Shown in pieces: positions 1 to 9,003 of a stretch of 64,000 nt of DNA. The stretch is from assembly GCF_013149785.1 (NCBI RefSeq), contig NZ_JABEZU010000001.1:248001-312000 (forward strand), in the 5' to 3' direction. The position numbers and the translations under genes were made by a program. The first letter of the stretch is position 1. Every line of letters begins with the position of its first letter. The notes under the pieces are model-generated. The model saw only the letters and a list, made by a program, of their open reading frames with translations. It had not been told where the DNA came from and made no database searches. The stretch comes from Isoptericola halotolerans (GTDB lineage: Bacteria > Actinomycetota > Actinomycetes > Actinomycetales > Cellulomonadaceae).

Positions 1-238
1 GCATGGTGCCAGGACCAGAGGTCACGCAGGCGACACCGAGCCCTCCACCCGCCTGTGCGTACCCCTCCGCCATGAAGACCGCTCCCTCCTCGTGCTTCGC
101 CAGGACGAACTCGAGGTCGGGATGGTCGTCGATCCGGTCGAGCAAGGACAGGAGCGGGCCGCCGGGCACGCCGAAGAGTCGCCGGACTCCGGCACGTGCG
201 AGGAGGTCGAGGAGCAGGTCGGAGCCGGTCCAGGTCAT
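1..238 (-). CDS. Thiamine diphosphate-binding protein, acetolactate synthase-like (N-terminal part; runs off the window)
   Basis: Not in the ORF track. Manual translation from ATG at 238: MTWTGSDLLLDLLARAGVRRLFGVPGGPLLSLL...VLAKHEEGAVFMAEGYAQ...VACVTSGPGTM. FGVPGG, HE and TSGPG are TPP-enzyme N-domain motifs. Confidence 0.85.
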   Translation of the reverse strand, partial: MTWTGSDLLLDLLARAGVRRLFGVPGGPLLSLLDRIDDHPDLEFVLAKHEEGAVFMAEGYAQAGGGLGVACVTSGPGTM

Positions 239-446
239 CGTCTTCTCCAACAGCGGGATGGCGGTGGCAGGGCCGCGGCAGCGGTACGACGCGCTGCCTC
301 TGCTCATCGGTCCGCCCCCCGAACCGACTCACACAGCGAGTGTGACGGAGGGGTGCCGGAACTGCATCCGGAGCAGGCGGTGCCCGTCGGTCGAGGCCGG
401 CACGCCCCACCTGGCCGGGCACGCGGGCACTCAGTACGGTCGAAGG

Positions 447-920
447 GTGACCCTCGCCTCGCGTCTCCTGCACACCCGCTCGCTGGTCCGCGCGCCGATC
501 TGGCTGTACCGCGCCGGGCTCGGTTTCGTCCTGGGCCCGCGCTTTCTCCTGATGCGGCACCGTGGCAGGGTCAGCGGTGAGCCGCGGTCGGTCGTGCTCG
601 AGGTGACCGACCGCCCGGCAGCGGATCGGATCATCGTCGTGGCCGGTACGGGACCGAAGGCCCAGTGGTACCGCAACGTCCTGGTCGAGCCGCGGGTCCT
701 CGTCTCGACCGGTTTTCGTCGCGACGCCCGTGCGCGGGCGCGAGCTCTGACGCCCGACGACGCGGCCGCCGTCCTGCAGCGGTACGCGTCCGAGCACCCC
801 CGCGCGTGGTCGGCGTTGCGGCGGGTGCTGAGCGAATGGGCAGAGCCGTTGGCCGCCGCGACGGGGGAGCGCCGCTGGGAGCGCGTGGTTCCGGTGGTGG
901 AGCTGCGGCTGCTGGGCTGA
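447..920 (+). CDS. Nitroreductase-family deazaflavin (F420)-dependent oxidoreductase, Ddn-like
   Basis: RAPIWLYRAGLG, HRGRVSGEPR and AQWYRN motifs. GTG start lies 6 nt after a TACGGT -10 box. Confidence 0.8.
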   Translation: MTLASRLLHTRSLVRAPIWLYRAGLGFVLGPRFLLMRHRGRVSGEPRSVVLEVTDRPAADRIIVVAGTGPKAQWYRNVLVEPRVLVSTGFRRDARARARALTPDDAAAVLQRYASEHPRAWSALRRVLSEWAEPLAAATGERRWERVVPVVELRLLG

Positions 921-928
921 GCCGGGGG

Positions 929-2524
929 TCAGGCCGGGGCGCGATCAGTCTGCGTCGACTCCTCGAGCGGCTTGCGGAGCATGCGGGCGACCGCCACCAG
1001 CACCGCCAGCGCCCCGACCGTGACGAGAAGGCCGACACCGGTGCCCGCGCCGAGGGCGACGGACACGTAGCCGGCCAGCGCGGCCAGCCCGGCCGCGGCG
1101 GCGTAGGGCAGCTGGGTCAGCACGTGCGTGATGACGTCGGCCCCGGCGCCCGTGGACGACAGGATGGTGGTGTCGGAGATCGGGGAGGCGTGGTCGCCGA
1201 GGACGGCGCCGGCCAGCACCGCGCCCAGCGCGGGCAGGAGCAGGTCGGTCTGCCCGATGGTGTTCATGATCCCGCCGACCAGCGGCAGCAGCAGGGCGAA
1301 CGACCCCCAGGACGTGCCGGTGGAGAACGCCATCGCGGCGGCCAGGACGAAGATCACCGGCACCAGCCAGCTCACCGGGAGGTCGGCGCCCTCCACGAGC
1401 CCGCCGAGGTACGCGCCCGTCCCGAGCTGGTCGATGAGGCCGGTGAGCATCCAGGCGAGCACGAGGATGCTCACGGCGGGCCACATCGAACGGACCCCCT
1501 CGACCCAGCCGCGGCCGAAGTGGCTCGCGGAGAACCGCGGGTTCGAGGTGGTGTACCGCAGGTAGTAGTAGACGGCGGCGGCGAGGCCGAGCAGCCCGCC
1601 GACCATGAGGGACGCGCTCGTGTCGGTCTCGGCGAGGATGTCGACGACCGACCAGCTCCCGGCCGCGGCATACCCGGTCCACACGATGCCGCCGAACACG
1701 CCGACCACGAGCAGGATGAACGGCACGAACAGTGCGCGCCGCTCCCCGGGCTCGTGCACGGGCAGGTCCTCGGCGAGCTGGCCGGGCACGGTGGCGTCGT
1801 CGGCGAAGGTGCGGCCGTCGGTGACGGCCCGCTCCTCCTCCCGGCGCATCGGTCCGACGTCGAGCCGGAGCACGACCGCGAGCCACACCATGAGCACGGC
1901 GGCGATCGCGTAGTAGTTGGCGGCTGCCGCACCGAGGAACGCCTGGACGCTCGACGTGCTCAGGGCGGACGCCGCGACGATCGGGGCGAGCAGGCCCATG
2001 ATGTAGGCGCCCCAGCTGGAGAACGGCGCCAGCACGACGACCGGGGCGGACGTCGAGTCGATGAGGTACGCGAGCTTGGCGCGTGACACCCGGTGCCGGT
2101 CGGTGACCGGCCGGGAGACCTGCCCGACGGCGAGGGCGTTGAAGTAGTCGTCGATGAAGATGACGATGCCCATCACCGCGGGCAGGACCTGCGCGCCGCG
2201 GCGGGTCCTGATCCGCTCCACGGCCCAGTCGGCGAACGCCTTGGTCCCGCCGGACATCATGATGAACGCCGCGATGACCCCCAGCAGCAGGGTGAAGGCG
2301 AGGATGTAGACGTACCAGGTGTTCACCGCGCCGTCGGTCCAGAAGATGACGGCGAACGACTCCCCGACCAGCCGCAGCGTCTCCAGCGGGTTCAGGTCGG
2401 CCACCAGCAGCGCCGCCGTCAGGATCCCCGCGCCCAGGCTGATGAGCACCTTGCGGGTGATCACCACCAGGGCGATGGCGATCACCGGTGGCAGCAGCGT
2501 CAGGACCGGGTAGCTCTCGATCAT
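929..2524 (-). CDS. Na+/H+ antiporter NhaC-family membrane protein (possible amino-acid transporter)
   Basis: Multi-TM 531 aa protein with IFIDDYFN, AYLIDSTSAP, FSTGTSWGSF and GDHASPISDTTILSS motifs. Confidence 0.85.
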   Translation of the reverse strand: MIESYPVLTLLPPVIAIALVVITRKVLISLGAGILTAALLVADLNPLETLRLVGESFAVIFWTDGAVNTWYVYILAFTLLLGVIAAFIMMSGGTKAFADWAVERIRTRRGAQVLPAVMGIVIFIDDYFNALAVGQVSRPVTDRHRVSRAKLAYLIDSTSAPVVVLAPFSSWGAYIMGLLAPIVAASALSTSSVQAFLGAAAANYYAIAAVLMVWLAVVLRLDVGPMRREEERAVTDGRTFADDATVPGQLAEDLPVHEPGERRALFVPFILLVVGVFGGIVWTGYAAAGSWSVVDILAETDTSASLMVGGLLGLAAAVYYYLRYTTSNPRFSASHFGRGWVEGVRSMWPAVSILVLAWMLTGLIDQLGTGAYLGGLVEGADLPVSWLVPVIFVLAAAMAFSTGTSWGSFALLLPLVGGIMNTIGQTDLLLPALGAVLAGAVLGDHASPISDTTILSSTGAGADVITHVLTQLPYAAAAGLAALAGYVSVALGAGTGVGLLVTVGALAVLVAVARMLRKPLEESTQTDRAPA

Positions 2525-2537
2525 GGACCGGCTGCTG

Positions 2538-2714
2538 TCAGCCGGCGTCGAAGCGACGGTCGTCGGCCTGCTCGCTCGTCTCGTGGCCGGGGTCCTGCGC
2601 GGGCTGGGCGTCCGCGAACCGGGGGTCGGTGATCGCCGGGTCCCGTCTCACCAGCTCCAGGGCGAAGTCGCTCGGGGGGACGCGGGGGTCGCGCTCGGGT
2701 GCGTGCGTGGTCAT
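2538..2714 (-). CDS. Small hypothetical protein (58 aa)
   Basis: ATG preceded by strong RBS AAAGGAG and an upstream TACGGT. MTTHAPERDPRVPPSDFALELVRRDPAITDPRFAD...; stop lies 13 nt before the NhaC start. Confidence 0.55.
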   Translation of the reverse strand: MTTHAPERDPRVPPSDFALELVRRDPAITDPRFADAQPAQDPGHETSEQADDRRFDAG

Positions 2715-2862
2715 GAAACGGCTCCTTTCGTCGCTGCCACCGTAGGCGCCGGGCCTGCAGCCTGCTCGCTGTGCGCCGTCGGCGCGCGGGATCGCGGGAC
2801 CCGACTTACGGTGATGTGCGCGAGCAACAGTTCTCGCCCCGACCGGCACGGAGGCTGGCGCC

Positions 2863-4062
2863 ATGGGATCTTTCCGAGGAAGGGCCACCACGTGGCTGCT
2901 GGCCGTCGCGACCGCCCTCGGGCTCGCGCTCACCGGGGTAGGGGTCGCGGCCCCGGCCCAGGCGGCCGCGAAGGTCGCCGCGCCGCTGCCCGATCGCACC
3001 TACGTGCTGTCGTCGTACTACGGGCCGCGCTGCATGCCGATCGCCGGCTCCTCGACGTACCACCAGGGCCAGGACTTCGGTGCGTCGAAGGGCACGGCGG
3101 TCCGCGCCATCGCGCCCGGCACGGTCTCCCGCGCTGGATCGGTCCGGGGCTTCGGCGAGTGGGTCGTCATCGACCACTCGACCGGCGGCGAGCGCTTCTC
3201 CTCGCTGTACGCCCACCTCGTGGACGGCACGAAGCACGTGAAGAAGGGCCAGAAGGTCAAGCGTGGCCAGCGCATCGGCGACGTGGGGTCGACCGGGACG
3301 TCGACGTCGCCGCACCTGCACCTGGAGATCTGGCAGGGCGGCTATCCCGGTGGCTCGACCGTGGACCCGCTGTCGTTCATGAAGAGCCGAGGCGTCGACC
3401 TGCGGTCGCTGTCCACACGCAACTACGCGCGCACCACGCCGTCGTCGTGCAAGTACTTCACGACGGCGAAGGTCAACATGCGCAGCGGCCCCGGTGAGAG
3501 CTACCAGGTGCTGCGCACCCCCCAGCCCAACGTGGTGATCAAGGGCAAGCCCGGTGCGGGCTCGGGCGACTGGCGCCAGGTCACCCGGAACGGCAGGTCC
3601 GGCTGGATCCACAAGAACTACCTCTCGCCCGGGTACACCTCGCAGGGGACGCGCTACACGCTGTCCTCCCTCAACCTGCGCGCCAAGGCGTCGACGTCCT
3701 CCAAGGTCAAGCGCACCATCCCGGCCGACGCGCAGGTCACCATGCTGCGCGGCCTCAAGGGAAGCTGGCAGCGGGTCCGGTACGGCGGGCAGAACGGTTG
3801 GGTGTCGGCCCAGCACATCTCCGACACCCGTGACGGCGCGCAGGTGGTCCGCAACACGTCGGGCAACACGTACTCCTGGGTGCGGCCGAGCACGCTCCAG
3901 CTGCGCGAGGGCCCCTCCACGTCGACGGCGAAGGTCGTCACCCTCAAGCGCGACCAGCGGGTCCGGCACCTCGCCACGATGAAGAACGGCTGGCTCAAGG
4001 TCAAGCACGGGGGCAAGACCGGCTACGTCGCGACCAGGTACCTCACCTCGAACAGGCCGTAG
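2863..4062 (+). CDS. Secreted M23 metallopeptidase with three C-terminal SH3b repeats
   Basis: Signal peptide (AQA), HQGQD (HxxxD), YAHL and HLH motifs. Three NxR..P...W..V...G..GW/YV repeats. RBS GGAGG. Confidence 0.9.
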   Translation: MGSFRGRATTWLLAVATALGLALTGVGVAAPAQAAAKVAAPLPDRTYVLSSYYGPRCMPIAGSSTYHQGQDFGASKGTAVRAIAPGTVSRAGSVRGFGEWVVIDHSTGGERFSSLYAHLVDGTKHVKKGQKVKRGQRIGDVGSTGTSTSPHLHLEIWQGGYPGGSTVDPLSFMKSRGVDLRSLSTRNYARTTPSSCKYFTTAKVNMRSGPGESYQVLRTPQPNVVIKGKPGAGSGDWRQVTRNGRSGWIHKNYLSPGYTSQGTRYTLSSLNLRAKASTSSKVKRTIPADAQVTMLRGLKGSWQRVRYGGQNGWVSAQHISDTRDGAQVVRNTSGNTYSWVRPSTLQLREGPSTSTAKVVTLKRDQRVRHLATMKNGWLKVKHGGKTGYVATRYLTSNRP

Positions 4063-4067
4063 CCGCG

Positions 4068-5546
4068 TCAGTCGAGGTAGTCCTCGACGAGCCGTGCGGC
4101 GATCCCCGTGTACGTGGCCGGGGTGAGCGCGGCGAGGCGGCCGGCGACGTCCTCGGGCAGCCCGAGGCCGGCGACGAACTCCCGCATCCGCTCGCCGTCG
4201 ACGCGCTGGCCGCGGGTGAGCTCCTTGAGCCGCTCGTACGGGTTCTCCATGCCTGCCACACCGGCGACGGACGCGGCGCGCATCGCGGACTGGACGGGCT
4301 CGCCGAGCACCTCCCAGTTGTGGTCGAGGTCGTCGGCCATGAGCTCGGCGTTGACGGCGAGCGCCTTCAGGCCGCGGCGGACGTTGTCGATCGCGAGCAG
4401 GGAGTGCCCGAACGCCGGGCCGATGTTGCGCTGCGTGGTGGAGTCCGTGAGGTCGCGCTGCAGGCGGCTGGTCACCAGCGTGGCCGACAGGGTGTCCAGG
4501 AGCGAGCAGGAGACCTCGAGGTTGGCCTCGGCGTTCTCGAACCGGATCGGGTTGACCTTGTGCGGCATCGTCGAGGAGCCCGTCGCCCCGGCCACGGGGA
4601 TCTGGGTGAAGAAGCCCAGGGAGATGTAGGTCCACACGTCGGTGGCGAGGTTGTGCAGGATCCGGTTGAACCGGGCGACGTCGGCGTAGACCTCGGCCTG
4701 CCAGTCGTGGGACTCGATCTGCGTGGTCAGCGGGTTCCAGGTCAGGCCCAGGTGCTCGACGAACGCCTTCGACACGGCCGGCCAGTCGGCGCCCGGGACG
4801 GCGACGGTGTGCGCGCCGTACGTGCCGGTGGCGCCGTTGAGCTTGCCGAGGAACTCGGCCCCGGCGACGCGGCGGAGCTGGCGGCGCAGGCGGTGCGCGA
4901 GCACCGCGATCTCCTTGCCCATCGTGGTCGGGGTGGCGGGCTGGCCGTGCGTGCGGCTCAGCATCGGCACGTCCGCGTGCTCGCGCGCCATCGCGGCGAG
5001 CTGGTCGGCCAGGGCCTCGGCGGCGGGCAGCCAGACGTCGAGGACGGCGCCGCGCACCATCAGGGCGTAGCTGAGGTTGTTGATGTCCTCGCTCGTGCAG
5101 GCGAAGTGCACGAGCTCGCTCGCGGCCGGCAGGTTCGTCTCGCCGAGCTCGTCGGGGGCGACGGCGATGCGGCGCTTGATGAAGTACTCGACGGCCTTCA
5201 CGTCGTGCACCGTCTCGCGCTCGATGGCGCCGAGCTCGGCGATCTGGTCCGCGCCGAACGTCGCGGGGATCTGTCGCAGGTAGGCGACCTCGGCGTCGCT
5301 GAGCGAGGGAGCGCCGGGCACGACGGGACCGTCGCCGCCGGGGACGCCGTTGCACAGCACGATGAGCCACTCCACCTCGACGTGGATGCGCGCCCGGTTC
5401 AGCGCGGCCTCGCTGAGGTGGTCCACGAGCGGCGCCACGGCCCCGCGGTAGCGACCGTCGAGCGGCCCCAGCGCGATCGGCGGGGTGACGTCGGCGAGGT
5501 CCACCCGGGTGTCGTTCGTCGGTGCGTGCTGCGGCTTGGAGGTCAC
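4068..5546 (-). CDS. purB: Adenylosuccinate lyase
   Basis: PLDGRY, HDVKAVEY, TSEDINN, RTHGQPATPTT, GSSTMPHKVNPIRFENAEAN and SRLQRDLTDS motifs. Start is GTG 5546 or ATG 5555. Confidence 0.95.
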   Translation of the reverse strand: MTSKPQHAPTNDTRVDLADVTPPIALGPLDGRYRGAVAPLVDHLSEAALNRARIHVEVEWLIVLCNGVPGGDGPVVPGAPSLSDAEVAYLRQIPATFGADQIAELGAIERETVHDVKAVEYFIKRRIAVAPDELGETNLPAASELVHFACTSEDINNLSYALMVRGAVLDVWLPAAEALADQLAAMAREHADVPMLSRTHGQPATPTTMGKEIAVLAHRLRRQLRRVAGAEFLGKLNGATGTYGAHTVAVPGADWPAVSKAFVEHLGLTWNPLTTQIESHDWQAEVYADVARFNRILHNLATDVWTYISLGFFTQIPVAGATGSSTMPHKVNPIRFENAEANLEVSCSLLDTLSATLVTSRLQRDLTDSTTQRNIGPAFGHSLLAIDNVRRGLKALAVNAELMADDLDHNWEVLGEPVQSAMRAASVAGVAGMENPYERLKELTRGQRVDGERMREFVAGLGLPEDVAGRLAALTPATYTGIAARLVEDYLD

Positions 5547-5663
5547 GCCCGGCATTCTCCCACGACCGCACCACGACCCCTGAGGCCATCCACGCCGGGC
5601 GTCCTCCACAGGGCGGCTCCCTCGTCGGCCACCAGGTGGCGGCACCCGCCTAGCGTCGCGGCC

Positions 5664-5894
5664 ATGCTCCTGACCACCACCGATGTCGCCCAGGCCGCCA
5701 CCCACCTGCGGGACGCCCGGACCGCGCTCGACGACGCCGTCGCCCGGCTCGGCCACGCCGCCCTGCTCGACTGGCGGTCCCCGGCGGGCGACGCCTGCCG
5801 GGCCGCGGTGGACGAGCTCCGCCTCGCGCTCGCCACCGACGCCGTCACTCTCGACCAGGCCGTCGGCGCGACCGACTCCTGCCTGCTGCCGTGA
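5664..5894 (+). CDS. Small helical WXG100-like protein (76 aa)
   Basis: Ala/Leu-rich helix-turn-helix with central WRSPAG. TAGCGT -10 box 7 nt upstream. Stop overlaps the next start (GTGA). Confidence 0.6.
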   Translation: MLLTTTDVAQAATHLRDARTALDDAVARLGHAALLDWRSPAGDACRAAVDELRLALATDAVTLDQAVGATDSCLLP

Positions 5895-7444
5895 GCCGCG
5901 ACCCGCACGAGACGCTCGTGATCGTCGGCGGACGAGCTCTGACGCGGGTCGACGCCGGGGCGGTCCGGGCCTGCGCCGTGCAGCTCGCCGAGACCGCCCG
6001 GGCCCTGGGGGTGGCGGCCGCGGCGTCCGCGTTCGCGAGGTCGGCCCTGGACCGCGACCTGTGGACACCGGTGCACCTCGGCGTGACGGACCCGTCCCGG
6101 GACGGTCGGGTGCGGTGGGCACGGGGGCTGGCCGACGACGCCGCGGTGGCGCTCGCGCTGCGGGCGGACAGCTGCGCGAGCCTGGAGATGCGCCTGCTGA
6201 TCGCCGCCGGGCTGTACGAGCACGCCGAGTCGATGGCCGAGCGCACGATGGGCGCCGTGGTGACGTTCACCGCGGGGACCGTCGGACTCGCCGTCACCGC
6301 CGCTGCCACCGACCCGGTGCTGGGTCATCCGCTGCGCCAGGCGGGTCGGTACGGACTGGCGGGCGTCGCGGCGCGGTCCGACGACCCGGACGTGCCGCAC
6401 GCCCCTCCGACGACCGTGCCCTCCGACGTCGAGCCGTCCGGTGCGGGAGGTGTCGCGGGCTGGGTGCTGCGTGGCGTGGCCCCCTACGTGGACGAGGCCG
6501 TCCTCGGGGGCGGGATCGGTGTCGCGGCCGGTGCTCCGGTCCGGTCCGGTCTCGACCTGTCCGTCGACGGCGCGGCGAGGGTGCTGTCCCGGGCGGTGTG
6601 GAGCGTGCTGCCCGACGTCGAGGTCACCGTCGAGCCGATCGCACCGGACCGCTTCACCGGCGGGCTCCCGGCCTGGCACGCCTCGTGCGCCGGCGATGTC
6701 GCGGAGGCGCTGGCCAGGTCCGCGGACCTGTACGCGCACGGCAGCGGGATCCCGGGGCGCGAGGCCCCCGGCCCGCCCCCCGGGACGATCGCGGTGCAGC
6801 GGGTCGAGGGCGCCGACGGCGCCGTGAGCTGGACCGTGCTGATCCCCGGCACGCAGGAGATGCTGTCGGCACAGAACCCGTTCGACGTCGCCACGGACCT
6901 CGACATGATGGCGCAGGAGTCCGCGGACGTCATGGTCGCCGTCGAGCAGGCGCTCGCGGACGCCGGCGCGGGGCCGGCCGAGCCGGTCGTGCTGGTGGGG
7001 CACTCGCTCGGTGGCATCGCGGCCACCTCGCTCGCGGCGTCACCGGCCTTCCGTCGTCGTCACCCGGTCGGCGGGGTCGTCACCGCGGGTGCGCCCACGG
7101 CGACCTTCCGGCTGCCGCGCGGAGTCCCGGCGCTGCACCTGGAGAACACCGAGGAGCTCGTCTCCTCCCTCGACGGACGGTCTGCCGCCGAGGGCGAGGT
7201 GGGCCCGGACCGCGTGGTGGTGGCCCGGGACCTGTCCGCGTCGGACGACCCTCGCGACCGGGCGGCGTCGGGCAGCGTCACGCAGGCGCACTCGATGGCG
7301 ACGCACCTGCGAACGCTCGAGCAGGCCCAGACCGTGCAGAACGTCCAGGTGGCGGCCACGGCGGAGCGGATCGAGGCGTTCCTGGACGGCGAACGCGCCG
7401 AGACCACGTACTACGCGGTCCGGCGCGTCCGCGACGGCGAGTGA
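5891..7444 (+). CDS. Alpha/beta hydrolase (PGAP1/lipase-like) with N-terminal helical extension
   Basis: LIPGT oxyanion motif, VGHSLGG nucleophile elbow, TAGAP, LENTEELV and a C-terminal AH. Confidence 0.8.
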   Translation: MSRDPHETLVIVGGRALTRVDAGAVRACAVQLAETARALGVAAAASAFARSALDRDLWTPVHLGVTDPSRDGRVRWARGLADDAAVALALRADSCASLEMRLLIAAGLYEHAESMAERTMGAVVTFTAGTVGLAVTAAATDPVLGHPLRQAGRYGLAGVAARSDDPDVPHAPPTTVPSDVEPSGAGGVAGWVLRGVAPYVDEAVLGGGIGVAAGAPVRSGLDLSVDGAARVLSRAVWSVLPDVEVTVEPIAPDRFTGGLPAWHASCAGDVAEALARSADLYAHGSGIPGREAPGPPPGTIAVQRVEGADGAVSWTVLIPGTQEMLSAQNPFDVATDLDMMAQESADVMVAVEQALADAGAGPAEPVVLVGHSLGGIAATSLAASPAFRRRHPVGGVVTAGAPTATFRLPRGVPALHLENTEELVSSLDGRSAAEGEVGPDRVVVARDLSASDDPRDRAASGSVTQAHSMATHLRTLEQAQTVQNVQVAATAERIEAFLDGERAETTYYAVRRVRDGE

Positions 7445-7454
7445 GAGGGGCCGG

Positions 7455-7841
7455 TCAGTCGCGCTTGCCGGGGATGACCCAGCCGATGACCGTCTGCAGG
7501 ACCGCGAGGATCAGCGCGATCCACAGGTACCACCAGAAGCCGCCCTCGATCTCCAGGCCCCAGTCACCCACCAGGCTGGTGATCCACGTGGTGATCCACA
7601 GCATGAACGCGTTGATCAGCAGGTAGAACAGGCCGAGCGTGAGGATCAGCAGCGGGAGGGAGATCAGGGAGACGATGGGCTTCACGATCATGCTGACCAG
7701 CGAGAAGATCGTCGCGACGGCAAGGACGACGAGGATCTGGCCGAGCGTGTCGTTCCCGCCGTAGATCTCGAGGTTGTCGAAGATCAGGTCGCAGATCCAC
7801 AGCGCGAGCGATGTCACGACGATCCGTGCGATGAGGTTCAT
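7455..7841 (-). CDS. Four-TM phage holin-family (YvlD/DUF360-like) membrane protein
   Basis: IVKPIV.LISLPLLILTLGLF.L.INA.ML motif. Confidence 0.85.
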   Translation of the reverse strand: MNLIARIVVTSLALWICDLIFDNLEIYGGNDTLGQILVVLAVATIFSLVSMIVKPIVSLISLPLLILTLGLFYLLINAFMLWITTWITSLVGDWGLEIEGGFWWYLWIALILAVLQTVIGWVIPGKRD

Positions 7842-7866
7842 GACGGCATGGTGGCACGATGGCGCC

Positions 7867-8949
7867 GTGGAGACAGCCCCTGACACCCCGGTCACCGTCC
7901 CGCTGCGCGCCGCCGTCGCAGCCCTTCCCGCCTACGTGCCGGGTGCCCGTCCGAGCGGGACGGCGCACAAGCTCTCGTCCAACGAGAACCCGTACCCGCC
8001 GTTGCCGTCCGTGCTCGCCGCGATCCAGTCCGCGGCGAGCGAGGTCAACCGGTACCCCGACATGTACGCCACCGAGCTCGTCGAGGCGATCGCCGCGCAC
8101 GTCGGTCTCGCGGCGGACCAGGTCGTGGTGGGCAACGGGTCGGTGGCAGTGCTGCACCACGTGCTCGAGGCCGTCGTCGAGCCTGGTGACGAAGTGGTCT
8201 TCCCGTGGCGCTCCTTCGAGGCCTACCCGATCATCACGGCCGTCGCCGGGGGTTCCGCGGTGACGGTCCCCGTGACGGCGGACGGCCGTCTCGACCTGCC
8301 CGCGATGGCCGCCGCCGTCACCGAGCGCACCCGGGTCGTGCTGGTCTGCACCCCCAACAACCCGACCGGCCCCGTGGTGCCCGCCGACGACCTGGAGACC
8401 TTCCTGGCGTCCGTGCGCCGCGACGTGCTCGTCGTCGTCGACGAGGCCTACCTCGAGTTCGTGCGTGCCCCCGAGGCGCCGGACGCGCTCGACGTGCTGC
8501 GCCGCCACCCGAACGTCGTCGTGCTGCGCACGTTGTCCAAGGCCTACGGTCTCGCCGGCCTGCGCGTCGGGTACGCGCTGGCCGCGCCGCGGCTCGCCGC
8601 CGGCATCCGGGCGACGTCCACGCCGTTCGGGGTGAACCACCTCGCCCAGCGCGCCGGGATCGCCGCCCTGCAGGCGCCCGCCCTGGCCGAGATGACCGCG
8701 CACGTCGAGGCGCTGGTCGCCGAGCGCACCCGGGTGCGGGACGCCCTGCGTGAGCAGGGCTGGGAGGTGCCGGACACCCAGGCGAACTTCGTGTGGCTCG
8801 CCCTGGGGGAGCGGACGGCGGGACTGGCCGCCGAGGCCGCCGCGGCGGGTGTGCTCGTGCGCCCCTTCGCCGGGGACGGGATGCGCGTCAGCATCGGCGA
8901 GGTCGCGGCCAACGACGCGTTCCTGGCGCTCGCCGCGACCTGGCGCTGA
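7867..8949 (+). CDS. Histidinol-phosphate/aromatic aminotransferase (HisC/Pat family)
   Basis: KLSSNENP, GNGS, PNNPTG, DEAY and RTLSKAYGLAGLRVGY motifs. Start estimated. Confidence 0.9.
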   Translation: METAPDTPVTVPLRAAVAALPAYVPGARPSGTAHKLSSNENPYPPLPSVLAAIQSAASEVNRYPDMYATELVEAIAAHVGLAADQVVVGNGSVAVLHHVLEAVVEPGDEVVFPWRSFEAYPIITAVAGGSAVTVPVTADGRLDLPAMAAAVTERTRVVLVCTPNNPTGPVVPADDLETFLASVRRDVLVVVDEAYLEFVRAPEAPDALDVLRRHPNVVVLRTLSKAYGLAGLRVGYALAAPRLAAGIRATSTPFGVNHLAQRAGIAALQAPALAEMTAHVEALVAERTRVRDALREQGWEVPDTQANFVWLALGERTAGLAAEAAAAGVLVRPFAGDGMRVSIGEVAANDAFLALAATWR

Positions 8950-9003
8950 CACGCTGCGCGGGACCGCGTGGTGCGACGAGGAGCGTGAGGTGGACGCGGC
9001 GGG

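Noticed and set aside
329..345. TCACAC-N5-GTGTGA inverted repeat upstream of the TPP-enzyme gene
   Set aside because: Short; half-site order is opposite to a CRP/GlxR site; occurs once with no other support.
2715..2862. Expected riboswitch (lysine for nhaC, c-di-AMP for the M23 hydrolase)
   Set aside because: The region is short, holds two divergent TACGGT -10 boxes and shows no recognisable riboswitch core.
7455..7841. Holin-family gene plus M23 hydrolase as a prophage lysis cassette
   Set aside because: This four-TM family is a common chromosomal gene in Actinobacteria; there are no phage genes, and the two genes are not adjacent.
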